64,000 bases of DNA from a virus (Duplodnaviria > Heunggongvirae > Uroviricota > Caudoviricetes), in the IMG/VR virus record IMGVR_UViG_3300047472_000248, positions 52,315-116,314 of that record; one strand, given 5' to 3'. The notes under the pieces were generated by a model. That model did no database searches. It was given only the letters and a program-made list of their open reading frames with translations, and was not told where the DNA came from. The position numbers and the translations under genes were made by a program. Every line of letters starts with the position of its first letter. Within the stretch, counting starts at the first letter, position 1. Below are positions 44,823-54,018 of the stretch, in pieces.

Positions 44823-46073
44823 ATGCAAGTGATCAAGGAAGAAGGCTCGCGCCCGATCAAGGCGTGGGTGGGCACGAAGAACAGCGGCAGCTTCAATTGG
44901 GAAGAGCCGTCGCTGGTGCCCGACATCGAAGACTCGGCGATGCAGCAGCTGAAGAAGCTGGCCAAGATGCCCTTCATCGCGCCCAACGGCGTCGCGGTGA
45001 TGCCCGACGTCCACGCCGGCATCGGCTCGACCGTGGGCAGCGTCATCGCGACCGACAAGGCCATCATCCCCGCGGCGGTTGGGGTCGACATCGGGTGCGG
45101 GATGAACGCGGTGCGCCTGTCGCTGAAGGCGAGCGACCTGCCCGACTCGCTGCTGGCCGTCCGCCACCAGATCGAGCGCGACGTGCCGATGGGCAATAGC
45201 TCACACACCCGCGCTGAGGATGTGGACGCGAACCGCCGGCGCCTGCCGATCGCCGACGACGTCAGGGGGCGTATGGCTGTCAGCTCTGCGGTCGGCGGCT
45301 GGTATCAGGCTGAGAGCAAGGCGGCGTCGCAGCTCGGCACGCTCGGCAGCGGCAACCACTTCATCGAGCTGTGCCTCGACGAGAATCAGAACGTCTGGAT
45401 CATGCTGCACTCGGGCTCGCGCGGCATCGGCAACATGATCGGCCGGCACTACATCGCCAAGGCCAAGCGGTCGATGGAGCAATTCTTCATCAAACTGCCC
45501 GACGGCGACCTGGCCTACTTCCCCGAGGACACCGACGACTTCGAGGACTACACCCGGGCCGTCCAGTGGGCGCAGGACTACGCGCTCGAGAACCGGAAGG
45601 TGATGATGACCGCGGTGATCGCGGCGCTGCGCCTGCACATCCCCGTGCCGTTCGAGGTCACGACCGAAGCGATCAACTGCCACCACAACTACGTCGAGAA
45701 AGAGAACCACTTCGGCCGCAACCTGTGGGTGACCCGCAAGGGTGCCATTCGGGCGCGTGAGGGCGACCTGGGCATCATCCCTGGCTCGATGGGACAGCAG
45801 AGCTACATCGTGCGTGGCAAGGGCAATCCCGAGTCCTACTGCAGCTGCTCGCACGGCGCCGGCCGCGTCATGTCGCGCACCGAGGCCAAGCGCCGCTTCA
45901 GCCTGCAGGACCTGGTGGCGCAGACCGAGGGCGTCGAATGCCGGAAGGACGCCGATGTGATCGACGAGATCCCGGGCGCTTACAAGCGGCTCGACGTCGT
46001 CATGGAGAACCAGAAGGACCTGGTCGAAGTCGTCCACACGCTCCGCGCGGTCCTTTGCTGCAAGGGCTCGTGA
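44823..46073 (+). CDS. rtcB: RtcB RNA 3'-phosphate/5'-OH ligase
   Basis: MPDVHAGIGSTVG, GVDIGCGM, GSGNHFIELC signature motifs. Confidence 0.8.
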   Translation: MQVIKEEGSRPIKAWVGTKNSGSFNWEEPSLVPDIEDSAMQQLKKLAKMPFIAPNGVAVMPDVHAGIGSTVGSVIATDKAIIPAAVGVDIGCGMNAVRLSLKASDLPDSLLAVRHQIERDVPMGNSSHTRAEDVDANRRRLPIADDVRGRMAVSSAVGGWYQAESKAASQLGTLGSGNHFIELCLDENQNVWIMLHSGSRGIGNMIGRHYIAKAKRSMEQFFIKLPDGDLAYFPEDTDDFEDYTRAVQWAQDYALENRKVMMTAVIAALRLHIPVPFEVTTEAINCHHNYVEKENHFGRNLWVTRKGAIRAREGDLGIIPGSMGQQSYIVRGKGNPESYCSCSHGAGRVMSRTEAKRRFSLQDLVAQTEGVECRKDADVIDEIPGAYKRLDVVMENQKDLVEVVHTLRAVLCCKGS

Positions 46074-46333
46074 TGAAGCCGATCTACGAACACTGGGGGA
46101 CGCCCGAGGGGCGCGAGGGCATTCAGCGCACCCTCGTAGAGGAAGATCCCGACGACGCGCTGTTCGCTGCTGTGGGTATCCGAGAGGTCGACGAGCGCGG
46201 CAACGTGCGCACGCTGACCGTCGAGGAGCTGAACGCCCGCGGCGTGCGTCGTAGCGTCGCGGCAAAGAACATCACCACGGGCGAGATGAAGCCAAGTCGC
46301 TCCGGGCCATTCTTCATCGTCAAGGGGTCGTGA
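46070..46333 (+). CDS. hypothetical protein
   Basis: 87 aa; overlapping stop/start. Confidence 0.4.
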   Translation: MMKPIYEHWGTPEGREGIQRTLVEEDPDDALFAAVGIREVDERGNVRTLTVEELNARGVRRSVAAKNITTGEMKPSRSGPFFIVKGS

Positions 46334-46644
46334 TGAAGTTCTCCGAGATTGTTCGGCGCTTCTGCGCGTTCAGAGAGTGGATGGAGCCGACGGATGACGG
46401 CACGGTCTACTGCCTACCGGAGGCTTCGCTCGAAGACCTGGACGACCAGATCGAAGTGTGCACGCTGTGGCAAGACGCCGCGCGCTACCGCCACCTGCGT
46501 GAGCACGGCCGCTGCGACTCGAAGCATGGCCACGGCCTGGTGCTTGGCGGTCGGGACAAGGCGAGCATGGCATTCCGCTACTGGGGCACGCCCGAAGAGC
46601 TGGACCGCTCGGTCGACGCCGACATGGCCGTCAGGAGCCAATAG
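46330..46644 (+). CDS. hypothetical protein
   Basis: 104 aa. Confidence 0.4.
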   Translation: MMKFSEIVRRFCAFREWMEPTDDGTVYCLPEASLEDLDDQIEVCTLWQDAARYRHLREHGRCDSKHGHGLVLGGRDKASMAFRYWGTPEELDRSVDADMAVRSQ

Positions 46645-47015
46645 TGAAAGATCCGATCATCTACCGCTCTTGGCCGCGTGACACGATCTCCGAAGCGATC
46701 AGTGAGTTCAACCACCACATGCACGATGGTGCCGGGATCGAGGAGATCGAGGCGGGCCTGCACGGGCTGGACTTTTTAACCCGCGCGTCAGAGCTTGGCA
46801 GCGACCTGGAGGCCCGTCTCGACGGAGCCGTCACAGAGGGGCGCATGCGGATCACGCTGATGCTTGAGCAACTGGACCAGCAGGAGAAGGTGCAGCGCGC
46901 GATCACGGCGCTGAAGCACCTACAGGTGACCATTCGGGGTATTCAGCGCCGCATCGAGTGTCCGCCCGATGCAGAGGAGTATCTCGCGCAGCGACGGATG
47001 GGAGCCGTCCTATGA
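46644..47015 (+). CDS. hypothetical protein
   Basis: 123 aa; GTG start. Confidence 0.4.
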   Translation: MKDPIIYRSWPRDTISEAISEFNHHMHDGAGIEEIEAGLHGLDFLTRASELGSDLEARLDGAVTEGRMRITLMLEQLDQQEKVQRAITALKHLQVTIRGIQRRIECPPDAEEYLAQRRMGAVL

Positions 47016-47170
47016 CGAGCCACAAAGAGATGCTGGCCTGGCACCGCGCCACCATTCGCAAGACGCTGAAGGAGCTGGCCAAGCTCTGCCCGGGCGCGTT
47101 CGATGCGGAGGGTAACCCGAAGCCCGCGACAGCCTACCCACGTCCAAAGCGCACAGTCAATACTGACTGA
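47012..47170 (+). CDS. hypothetical small protein
   Basis: 52 aa; ATGA overlap. Confidence 0.3.
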   Translation: MTSHKEMLAWHRATIRKTLKELAKLCPGAFDAEGNPKPATAYPRPKRTVNTD

Positions 47171-47200
47171 CATCGAAATCAGCCCAACGCAAACACCACC

Positions 47201-47557
47201 ATGGATGCAGTCAAAATCACCCCCGAAGTAGCCGCTGACTGGCGCTCCTGGGTCGCCGTCGCAAAGGCGGCGCGGGAAACGCCGGCAATGCAGCTGCACG
47301 TGTCGGTCCAGACGATCTCGGTCGTCAACGCGATCCTCTCGCAGCAGGACAAAATGCTGCACAACATGCAGGCGATCTGCCAGGTGGCCACCAAGCGCCA
47401 CAACGAGATTGCCGCGCAGTTCCAGGCACTTGCCGATGCCGTGCGTCGCATGCACGACGTAGAGGACACCTACGGGTGCGGCTTCTCCGAAGCTGCCGCT
47501 TGGAACGATGCCAACAACGAAGCCCGCCGCCTGGCCGGCATGAAGGGCCGCACATGA
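47201..47557 (+). CDS. hypothetical protein
   Basis: 118 aa. Confidence 0.45.
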   Translation: MDAVKITPEVAADWRSWVAVAKAARETPAMQLHVSVQTISVVNAILSQQDKMLHNMQAICQVATKRHNEIAAQFQALADAVRRMHDVEDTYGCGFSEAAAWNDANNEARRLAGMKGRT

Positions 47558-48204
47558 GCCAGCCCTTCTTCACCTCCGACCTGCACGCCTGGCACCGCAG
47601 CCGGGCGGAGTTCCGCGGCTTCTCGACCATGGAAGCGATGAACGAGGCGATCATCGCCGACTGGAACCGCGTCGTGCGGCCGGTCGACGAGGTCTACCTG
47701 CTCGGTGACGTGTGCTTTGCCGGCACGACCAAGACGCTCGACTTCCTGGACCAGCTGAACGGTCGCATCCACCTGGTGCGCGGCAACCACGACAAGGGCA
47801 TGAGCGGCCAGGTCCTGCAGCGCTTCGAGTCGGTGGACAAGATGATGTCCATCAAGGTGCCTGTGGCGCGTGGCGATGGCATCAACACCGTCTACCGCAT
47901 CGAGCTGTGCCACTTCCCGATGCTGTCGTGGGACCTGGCGCACTACGGTGCCTGGCACCTGCACGGGCACTCGCACGGCAACTGCAAATACCCGCACGAG
48001 AACGCCCGGATGATGGACGTCGGGATCGACACGCAGACGCCCTATGTGCCGCTGCGTGGGGAAGCGCCGAACTGGCAGGGGCGCTTTCGCCCCTACTCAT
48101 TCCAAGAGGTGCGCGACATCATGCTCGCTCGTGAAAACTGGTCGCCCGATCATCGGGTGCGCAGTGAAGACGAATCGCGAGAGTTTCTCAGGGAGGCTGT
48201 ATGA
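47554..48204 (+). CDS. calcineurin-like metallophosphoesterase
   Basis: SDLHAW, LLGDV, GNHD, HGHSH motifs. Confidence 0.65.
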   Translation: MSQPFFTSDLHAWHRSRAEFRGFSTMEAMNEAIIADWNRVVRPVDEVYLLGDVCFAGTTKTLDFLDQLNGRIHLVRGNHDKGMSGQVLQRFESVDKMMSIKVPVARGDGINTVYRIELCHFPMLSWDLAHYGAWHLHGHSHGNCKYPHENARMMDVGIDTQTPYVPLRGEAPNWQGRFRPYSFQEVRDIMLARENWSPDHRVRSEDESREFLREAV

Positions 48205-48338
48205 CACCGCAAGAAAAACGCCTTACGGCGTTCATGAACCGCATCTCGATGGTGACGCTGGCCGACGTGCTGCGCATCTTCGGCGCGGGGCTCGCGTTCG
48301 GGATCGCGCTCGGCTTGAAGTTTGGGGCGCACGCTTGA
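48201..48338 (+). CDS. tiny membrane protein (45 aa)
   Basis: RBS GGGAGG 8 nt upstream; ATGA overlap; hydrophobic C-terminus; below ORF-track cutoff. Confidence 0.3.
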   Translation: MTPQEKRLTAFMNRISMVTLADVLRIFGAGLAFGIALGLKFGAHA

Positions 48339-48730
48339 CGGACCGTCCGAAATACATCATCAACCCGCTGCTGGCACCCCGCACCTGGAATGCCGAGTTC
48401 TGGCAGCTGACCGTAGCGCGCAACCCGAGCTGGATCAACAGCTGCTGGCTTGGCACGGGGTGGCAGGTCGTCGACTTCCCATCCCGAATCCTGCGCGAGA
48501 TCGTCGCGCCGGCGATGACGGGGAACCTGCGCCTGACCGCCAAGACGCTGGTCTGGACACCCATCAGCATGCTGGCGTTTCTCTTCGCGGGCATCACCGG
48601 CCGTCTGGTCGCGCTACCGCTGCCTGCCCGTGTGATCGAGCAGGCGGTCGTGCTCGACACCGCCACAGCCCGGATCGCAGCGAAGCGCCCGAAAGCGCAG
48701 TTCGTCACCGTTCGCCCCGAGGCCGACTGA
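48335..48730 (+). CDS. membrane protein (TTG start)
   Basis: 131 aa with TM segments; TTGA overlap. Confidence 0.25.
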   Translation: MTDRPKYIINPLLAPRTWNAEFWQLTVARNPSWINSCWLGTGWQVVDFPSRILREIVAPAMTGNLRLTAKTLVWTPISMLAFLFAGITGRLVALPLPARVIEQAVVLDTATARIAAKRPKAQFVTVRPEAD

Positions 48731-48915
48731 TGGGGCGTCGTCTGATGGGCTACGCGCTCGCCGCGGTCGTGAACCTGTGTCTGCTCGCAGTGGGCGCGTG
48801 GCTCACCTGCACGCACCTTGCATCGCAGTCCCGATCGTTCGGGGTGGCACTGATCTTCATCAACCTCGCATCGCTACTGGCGGTGCTGGGCCTCTTCGGA
48901 AGGGAAGCAACATGA
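48730..48915 (+). CDS. tiny two-TM membrane protein (61 aa)
   Basis: ATGA overlap; hydrophobic. Confidence 0.3.
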   Translation: MGRRLMGYALAAVVNLCLLAVGAWLTCTHLASQSRSFGVALIFINLASLLAVLGLFGREAT

Positions 48916-49313
48916 CGGAAGCGGAAATCACCGCGCTGATCGCCGAAGAGGTCGACCTCGGCGACGAGCCGCCGCACATGGTCACCACCAGCGAGGCGAC
49001 CCTGCGACGCATCGTTCGGCGAGCAAGCGGTGGCTGGCGGCCGATGGAGACGGCTCCGAGGGACGGCACGGCCGTGCTGTTGTTTATCGAAGACGCTGAA
49101 CATCCATTCGAGGACGAGTCGACGACGGTCTCTATCGGCTCGTATGGGGTTGAAGGTGGCCCAGAACAAGACCCGACGTGGAGCTTCGCGGGTTGGTGCT
49201 GGCAGCAAGACTGCTACTGCCGGGGCGCGGGTCGACCGATAGGTTGGATGCCACGTCCAGCCGCGCCCGGCTGGGCACTCCCAAACAGCCTATTGTCAGC
49301 GCCCACTGCCTAG
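48912..49313 (+). CDS. hypothetical protein
   Basis: 133 aa; ATGA overlap. Confidence 0.4.
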   Translation: MTEAEITALIAEEVDLGDEPPHMVTTSEATLRRIVRRASGGWRPMETAPRDGTAVLLFIEDAEHPFEDESTTVSIGSYGVEGGPEQDPTWSFAGWCWQQDCYCRGAGRPIGWMPRPAAPGWALPNSLLSAPTA

Positions 49314-49324
49314 CCCCGGGCGCG

Positions 49325-49343
49325 ACAGTTCACCTGTCGCAAC
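49325..49343 (+). promoter_or_regulatory. class-2 motif ACAGTTCACCTGTCGCAAC
   Basis: preceded by GC hairpin; 15 nt before ATG 49359. Confidence 0.5.
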
Positions 49344-49358
49344 AAACAGGGGTCCCCA

Positions 49359-49736
49359 ATGCAGGGTGCACACTGTCTCATCCGGGTCAAGAAGACCTAC
49401 CGTCCAACCTCACGTGAGATCGTGGGCATGCGCCTTCAAGCGTGCGTGCCCAACGAAGCGCAGCGCAAGATGTTCGGGCGCGACGACGGGTCCTTCGTCA
49501 TCACGAAGAAGATGGTCCCGTCCTTCAAGGGCCCCTACCTGATCGCCGAGGGCAGTGACCTGGGCGAAGTCACGCCCGCCGACATCGAGCGCTTCAAAGA
49601 GCGCCTGCGCTTCTCGGGCTACACCGAGTTCCACATGATCGAAGCGTCCGAGCCCAAGCAGCCGAAGGTCAGCCCTGCGGTGCAGGCCAAGGTCGACGCG
49701 ATGCTTGCCCGCCTTCGCGAGCAAGGCTTCTGCTGA
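49359..49736 (+). CDS. hypothetical protein
   Basis: 125 aa. Confidence 0.45.
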   Translation: MQGAHCLIRVKKTYRPTSREIVGMRLQACVPNEAQRKMFGRDDGSFVITKKMVPSFKGPYLIAEGSDLGEVTPADIERFKERLRFSGYTEFHMIEASEPKQPKVSPAVQAKVDAMLARLREQGFC

Positions 49737-49779
49737 TTCGCAGCCGACGACCTGAGCCCGCTGCCGGGCCGCGGTCGTC

Positions 49780-49799
49780 ACAGTTCACCCTGTCGCAAC
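49780..49799 (+). promoter_or_regulatory. class-2 motif ACAGTTCACCCTGTCGCAAC
   Basis: preceded by GACGACC...GGTCGTC hairpin. Confidence 0.5.
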
Positions 49800-49843
49800 G
49801 AAACGCGACGTTTATGTCAGACCACCCTTTATCAGGAGGCCCC

Positions 49844-50671
49844 ATGGGCAAGAAACAAACCGCTCCCGCCACCACCGAAGTCACCAGCATCGAGGTCATC
49901 GAAGGCGCGATCGACGCGCTCGATTCGAACCCGGCGCTCGACGAGCTGATGGCAGCGCTCGAATCGGTCCCGGCCGACGAAGTGCAGGTCGAGACGCACG
50001 ACGACCACGACGCCGAAGCGATCGACGCTGCGGTGAGCGGTGCCGAAGCGATCGAAGCGTCCATCAAGGCCGCGACCGTCGACGAGCACGACGATGGCAG
50101 CGCCCCGACCGAACCGACGGGCGAAGACGCGGCGATCGCCGCCGATGCGACCGAAGCTCCCAAGGGCAAGAAGAAGGGCACGGGTGCCAAGCGCGTGCAC
50201 TACAGCGACAAGACGCAGCGGATCATCGACCGCCTGGGCGACAAGGCGAGCGAGTTCACCGTGCTGACCCTGGCCGACGCCGAGCTCGACGAGGACGCGA
50301 TCAAGCTGGTGATGGCCGAGACGTTCGACACCATCCGCAAGATGAACAAGAAGCAGCAGGCACGCGCCGGGCTGCTGATGGACTTCGTCTCGGGCAAGTC
50401 GACGCGGCTGAACGAAGTCGCGACGCGCACCCTGAAACTGCTGCACAGCTCCGGCGCGGTCAGCATGGGCAAAGACGGCAACCTGCTGAAGGACCTGCTC
50501 GCCAAGCCCTACAGCCCGGGCGCTGCGCGTGCCATGGGCGGGAATACGGTCGGCATGTTCGAAGACCTCAAGCTGGTCGTGAAGGACGGGGTGAACTACC
50601 GCGTCAACCCGGAGTCGCTGCTGCTCGCGAAGACGAACTCGCTGCTCGGTCTGAAGGCCGCAGCGGTCTGA
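49844..50671 (+). CDS. acidic hypothetical protein
   Basis: 275 aa; RBS CAGGAGG; D/E-rich N-terminal half. Confidence 0.5.
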   Translation: MGKKQTAPATTEVTSIEVIEGAIDALDSNPALDELMAALESVPADEVQVETHDDHDAEAIDAAVSGAEAIEASIKAATVDEHDDGSAPTEPTGEDAAIAADATEAPKGKKKGTGAKRVHYSDKTQRIIDRLGDKASEFTVLTLADAELDEDAIKLVMAETFDTIRKMNKKQQARAGLLMDFVSGKSTRLNEVATRTLKLLHSSGAVSMGKDGNLLKDLLAKPYSPGAARAMGGNTVGMFEDLKLVVKDGVNYRVNPESLLLAKTNSLLGLKAAAV

Positions 50672-50738
50672 TCGGCACGCCCCGGGTGCTAGCATAGGCT
50701 ATGCCCCGGGGCGGTCACACCACCCACAGGAGAGGGCG

Positions 50739-51053
50739 ATGCGTCACGACATCATGAACAAGATCGAGGCAGTCCTGGGGACGCTCGATGAGCTGGAACT
50801 GCACGAGGTCAATCGGCGCTGCGTCGACAAGATACGTCAGATCCATCAGGCGAAGGCATTTGCCAAGCTGTCCGCGTTCCGGGTGGGCGACCTGGTGGCG
50901 TTCAACGATCGCTACGGCCGCCCGACCACGATCCTGGTCGACCGCATCAACCAGCGCTCGGTGAGCGGCTTCACGAACGACGCGATGCGCAAGAAGTGGC
51001 GCGTCGATGCCTCGCTGTGCCGCCTGGTGGGCGCGGATAAACTCGCAGCATGA
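50739..51053 (+). CDS. hypothetical protein
   Basis: 104 aa; RBS AGGAGAGGG. Confidence 0.45.
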   Translation: MRHDIMNKIEAVLGTLDELELHEVNRRCVDKIRQIHQAKAFAKLSAFRVGDLVAFNDRYGRPTTILVDRINQRSVSGFTNDAMRKKWRVDASLCRLVGADKLAA

Positions 51054-51208
51054 GCGAGAAAATCTACCGCGTCACGGTGACGCTCGACGTCTACGGACAA
51101 ACGAGCAAGGCAGCTGCTGCCGAGTTTCTCGAGGAAGCGCTGCACGTCGATGGCATGATCGTCGTCTCGGAGACGAAGCCCGAGATCGTCAAGCAGGACC
51201 CAGCCTAA
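51050..51208 (+). CDS. hypothetical small protein (52 aa)
   Basis: ATGA overlap; below ORF-track cutoff. Confidence 0.3.
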   Translation: MSEKIYRVTVTLDVYGQTSKAAAAEFLEEALHVDGMIVVSETKPEIVKQDPA

Positions 51209-51261
51209 CGCCCGCAAGGGCCTTCCTGCCTAGGCCCGCCCACAGCCTCCCGCTAGGCTGC

Positions 51262-51282
51262 CCCGAGCCCCTCGGGGCTACC
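51262..51282 (+). other. perfect GC hairpin CCCCGAG-CCC-CTCGGGG in a 330-bp non-coding region
   Basis: 7-bp stem; no U-tract. Confidence 0.4.
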
Positions 51283-51408
51283 TACCCCTTGCCCTGATCG
51301 TTCCGACGCAAGGCGGGCCCATCTGGTGGGTCCCAGGGCTAGGCGCAAGCCCGCTCAAACCCCCGATTTGCGTGAAGTAATGCCCGTCAGGCTGCGACGA
51401 TCGCTTCC

Positions 51409-51434
51409 TATAATGCGCGCAGTCAGTCCTGACT
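51409..51434 (+). promoter_or_regulatory. TATAAT followed by AGTCAGTCCTGACT palindrome
   Basis: CCTATAATGCGCGCAGTCAGTCCTGACTTG. Confidence 0.5.
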
Positions 51435-51516
51435 TGCAGGGCTAACCTTCGTTTCGTTGACCTAGCGGTCGCGCGAGCAGCACTGCTCCAGGGTGATCGG
51501 TGCGCCTGTGTAACAA

Positions 51517-51529
51517 AGTCAGGACTGAC
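51517..51529. promoter_or_regulatory. AGTCAGGACTGAC palindrome near start of 51540 gene
   Basis: preceded by TGTAACAA; 10 nt before ATG. Confidence 0.4.
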
Positions 51530-51539
51530 GGAACCATTT

Positions 51540-52229
51540 ATGAAGATCATTCGAAGGTTTTTGTGGATGAAGGACGAAGACTTCGGGACCGACGGGTGGA
51601 TGTCCGCATGGATCGGCCGCTCTCGCGGGTTCAACGTGAACACCCAGGGCTTCGGCCTGGTGCACGACATGCTGGAGCACGCGCTGACCGACACCGGAAC
51701 GTTCCATGAGGAGCTGATGGCATTCGGCCGCATGGAGGTGCTTCGGGCCGACAGCGGGGTGCTCGCCTACAACAGCCCCTACATGGGGAACTGGCAGACG
51801 GCGCTCGGCCGGGAGCTGCATGGCATTTGGATGACCGCCTACTGTCCGGAGCTCGAGCAGGCACCGCCGATCGACCTCGAGGACGGCTGGGAGCACGCGA
51901 GCGGCATCGTCAGGGCATTCCGCGGCCTTTGTGAAGACCTGGGTGACGAAAAGCCAGACGAGGACTTTTACCGAAGCCTGGGCGCCTGGGTGCAGATCGG
52001 TCACCGCGATGCGCTTCGTCGCTACGGCGGCAGCAGCGAGTGCTACGAGTTGGGCTGGATCGGCCACAGCCTGAGCGAGGCACTGGACGAGCGAAAGACC
52101 CACGGCCACGACGAGGGCGACGTGCTGCGTCTCGCGATCGACACCGACGCCCGGAGTTTCCAAATCGATGTGCGCGAGCACTACCTACCGAGCAGCCAGC
52201 GGCTGCTGAACAACTGGATGAGGAGCTAA
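51540..52229 (+). CDS. hypothetical protein
   Basis: 229 aa. Confidence 0.5.
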   Translation: MKIIRRFLWMKDEDFGTDGWMSAWIGRSRGFNVNTQGFGLVHDMLEHALTDTGTFHEELMAFGRMEVLRADSGVLAYNSPYMGNWQTALGRELHGIWMTAYCPELEQAPPIDLEDGWEHASGIVRAFRGLCEDLGDEKPDEDFYRSLGAWVQIGHRDALRRYGGSSECYELGWIGHSLSEALDERKTHGHDEGDVLRLAIDTDARSFQIDVREHYLPSSQRLLNNWMRS

Positions 52230-52231
52230 AC

Positions 52232-52495
52232 ATGAGCTTCAAGGCACAACTTTCGGCGCTGCTTGTCGCTGCGTCGCTGATCGAACTCGACGACATGGAC
52301 GCCGGCCTGATGGAGGCCGAAACCGAAACGGTCAGCGTCATCATCCGCGAGCACGAGCGCGAGGTGTTCTTCCTCGACCAGGAAGTGGAGGTCGATGAAG
52401 GTGGTGTCGCGCTCGTTGCCGACGTCGACGGGATCGAGCATCGGCTCTTCCTGGCCAAGGTGCGCGAGATCCGGGCATCGGACATCAGCGCATAG
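52232..52495 (+). CDS. hypothetical acidic protein
   Basis: 87 aa. Confidence 0.4.
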   Translation: MSFKAQLSALLVAASLIELDDMDAGLMEAETETVSVIIREHEREVFFLDQEVEVDEGGVALVADVDGIEHRLFLAKVREIRASDISA

Positions 52496-52531
52496 CCGAG
52501 CAGCGCACCCCACTGCCGAGCGCTGACCTCG

Positions 52532-52550
52532 ACAGTTCAACCATCGCAAC
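52532..52550 (+). promoter_or_regulatory. class-2 motif ACAGTTCAACCATCGCAAC
   Basis: 16 nt before ATG 52567. Confidence 0.5.
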
Positions 52551-52566
52551 AACAAGGGGAGCACCG

Positions 52567-52857
52567 ATGTTCGGGCTTACCACGAAAGCCAAGCTGCGCG
52601 AGGCGCAGGGCGCTCTGCGTCTGGAGCGCAGTAACCACATCGACACGATCAGCGCCGCCGGCGAGCAGCTCGGAACTGTTCTCAACGCGGTAAACGCACT
52701 GGGGCGTGCGGCCTACATCCTCGAACAGAAGATCGAGGACCCGCACGACGACGGCACTGGCAACGGCGCTCGGCCGCCAACGGGCGGCGACTACAACACG
52801 CTGATGGAGCTGGTGCGTCTTTGCATTGCCAAGACGCAAGAGGCGGTGCAGCTGTGA
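52567..52857 (+). CDS. hypothetical protein
   Basis: 96 aa. Confidence 0.45.
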   Translation: MFGLTTKAKLREAQGALRLERSNHIDTISAAGEQLGTVLNAVNALGRAAYILEQKIEDPHDDGTGNGARPPTGGDYNTLMELVRLCIAKTQEAVQL

Positions 52858-53156
52858 GCGACAAGCCCCAAGATTCCTACATCGACCACCACCGCGGTGG
52901 CACGATGCTGGTCGGTCCGGATGCGATGAAGCTGTTCAAGGCTGCGACCCTCAAGTCGAGCCTCACGCTCTACGACAAGACGAAGCTGATCCCCACGCGC
53001 GGCGTCACCATCACCGTGATGCTCCGCATGGCCACCGAGTTCACGAACAAGACCTACAAGCGCACGCAGGTCCTGCAGGCGGCCGCCGACCTGCAGGTCT
53101 GGATCGATACCATGCGGGCGGCGATTCCACACCTCGAGGACGGGAAGCAGGTATGA
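52854..53156 (+). CDS. hypothetical protein
   Basis: GTGA overlap; ~100 aa. Confidence 0.35.
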   Translation: MSDKPQDSYIDHHRGGTMLVGPDAMKLFKAATLKSSLTLYDKTKLIPTRGVTITVMLRMATEFTNKTYKRTQVLQAAADLQVWIDTMRAAIPHLEDGKQV

Positions 53157-53557
53157 CCAAGGACCAGGCAATGGAAGCGCTGAGCACGAAGCTCGGCGTC
53201 TGGCTGCCGCTCGGGCAGCAGCAATTCCTCGCGAGCGCATTGCGCGGCGAGGAGGCACAGAACTTCATCGACAAGATCGAGGAGCTGGTCACGACCATCG
53301 ACGCGATGCCGGTCACCTACGAGCAAGAGTCGCTCGGCGACCAGGCAATCGTCCACCTGCACTACTTCCGCGGCGGTGCCGACTGGTGGATCACCGAGAA
53401 GGACAAGCAGGGTGGGGTGCTGCAAGCCTTCGGCTGGGTGCAGCTGCACGGCGGCGACCCCGAGCCGGGCTACATCGACATCACGGAGGTCATCGCCCTC
53501 GGTGTGGAGATGGATTTCTACTGGACTGCCAAGACCGTGAAGGACGCGATCAAGTAG
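53153..53557 (+). CDS. hypothetical protein
   Basis: 134 aa; ATGA overlap. Confidence 0.45.
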   Translation: MTKDQAMEALSTKLGVWLPLGQQQFLASALRGEEAQNFIDKIEELVTTIDAMPVTYEQESLGDQAIVHLHYFRGGADWWITEKDKQGGVLQAFGWVQLHGGDPEPGYIDITEVIALGVEMDFYWTAKTVKDAIK

Positions 53558-53585
53558 CACGCCCAACGCCTGACCCCGGGCGTCA

Positions 53586-53603
53586 AGATTCAACCATCGC
53601 AAC
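53586..53603 (+). promoter_or_regulatory. class-2 motif AGATTCAACCATCGCAAC
   Basis: preceded by ACGCC...GGCGT hairpin; 17 nt before ATG 53621. Confidence 0.5.
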
Positions 53604-53620
53604 AACGCAGGGCCCATGCC

Positions 53621-53983
53621 ATGCTGAAGGTCTATCACCTGACCCACCGCACCCCGCGCGCATTCGTCGAGTGCCGCATCGTCGATAACGCGGTGCGCTA
53701 CTGGACGGGCATGCACCCGGATATCCACTACGTCCATGTCGCCGACGTCAACGTGGAGGGTGCGGTCGCACCTGAAGACGCCTTCCACCTGACCAACAAC
53801 ATCGACCAGCCCTGGGTCCGCAACGCGGGCGTCACGGTGATGCTCGAGGACTGGCAGCGCGGCATTCGCTCCACGTCGGTGGGCGACGTGGTTGTCGATG
53901 CCGCCGGCGTCGTGTGGTTTTGCGCACCGTTCGGCTGGGAGGAGATGGCCGGCGTGCCGCTCATCCCTTTCGCACCCGCCTGA
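53621..53983 (+). CDS. hypothetical protein
   Basis: 120 aa. Confidence 0.45.
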   Translation: MLKVYHLTHRTPRAFVECRIVDNAVRYWTGMHPDIHYVHVADVNVEGAVAPEDAFHLTNNIDQPWVRNAGVTVMLEDWQRGIRSTSVGDVVVDAAGVVWFCAPFGWEEMAGVPLIPFAPA

Positions 53984-53986
53984 GTA

Positions 53987-54005
53987 AGTCAGCTCTGACT
54001 ATCAT
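53987..54005 (+). promoter_or_regulatory. GTAAGTCAGCTCTGACTATCAT palindrome/-10-like unit
   Basis: TATCAT variant of TATAAT. Confidence 0.5.
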
Positions 54006-54018
54006 GAAAGAGTCCATC

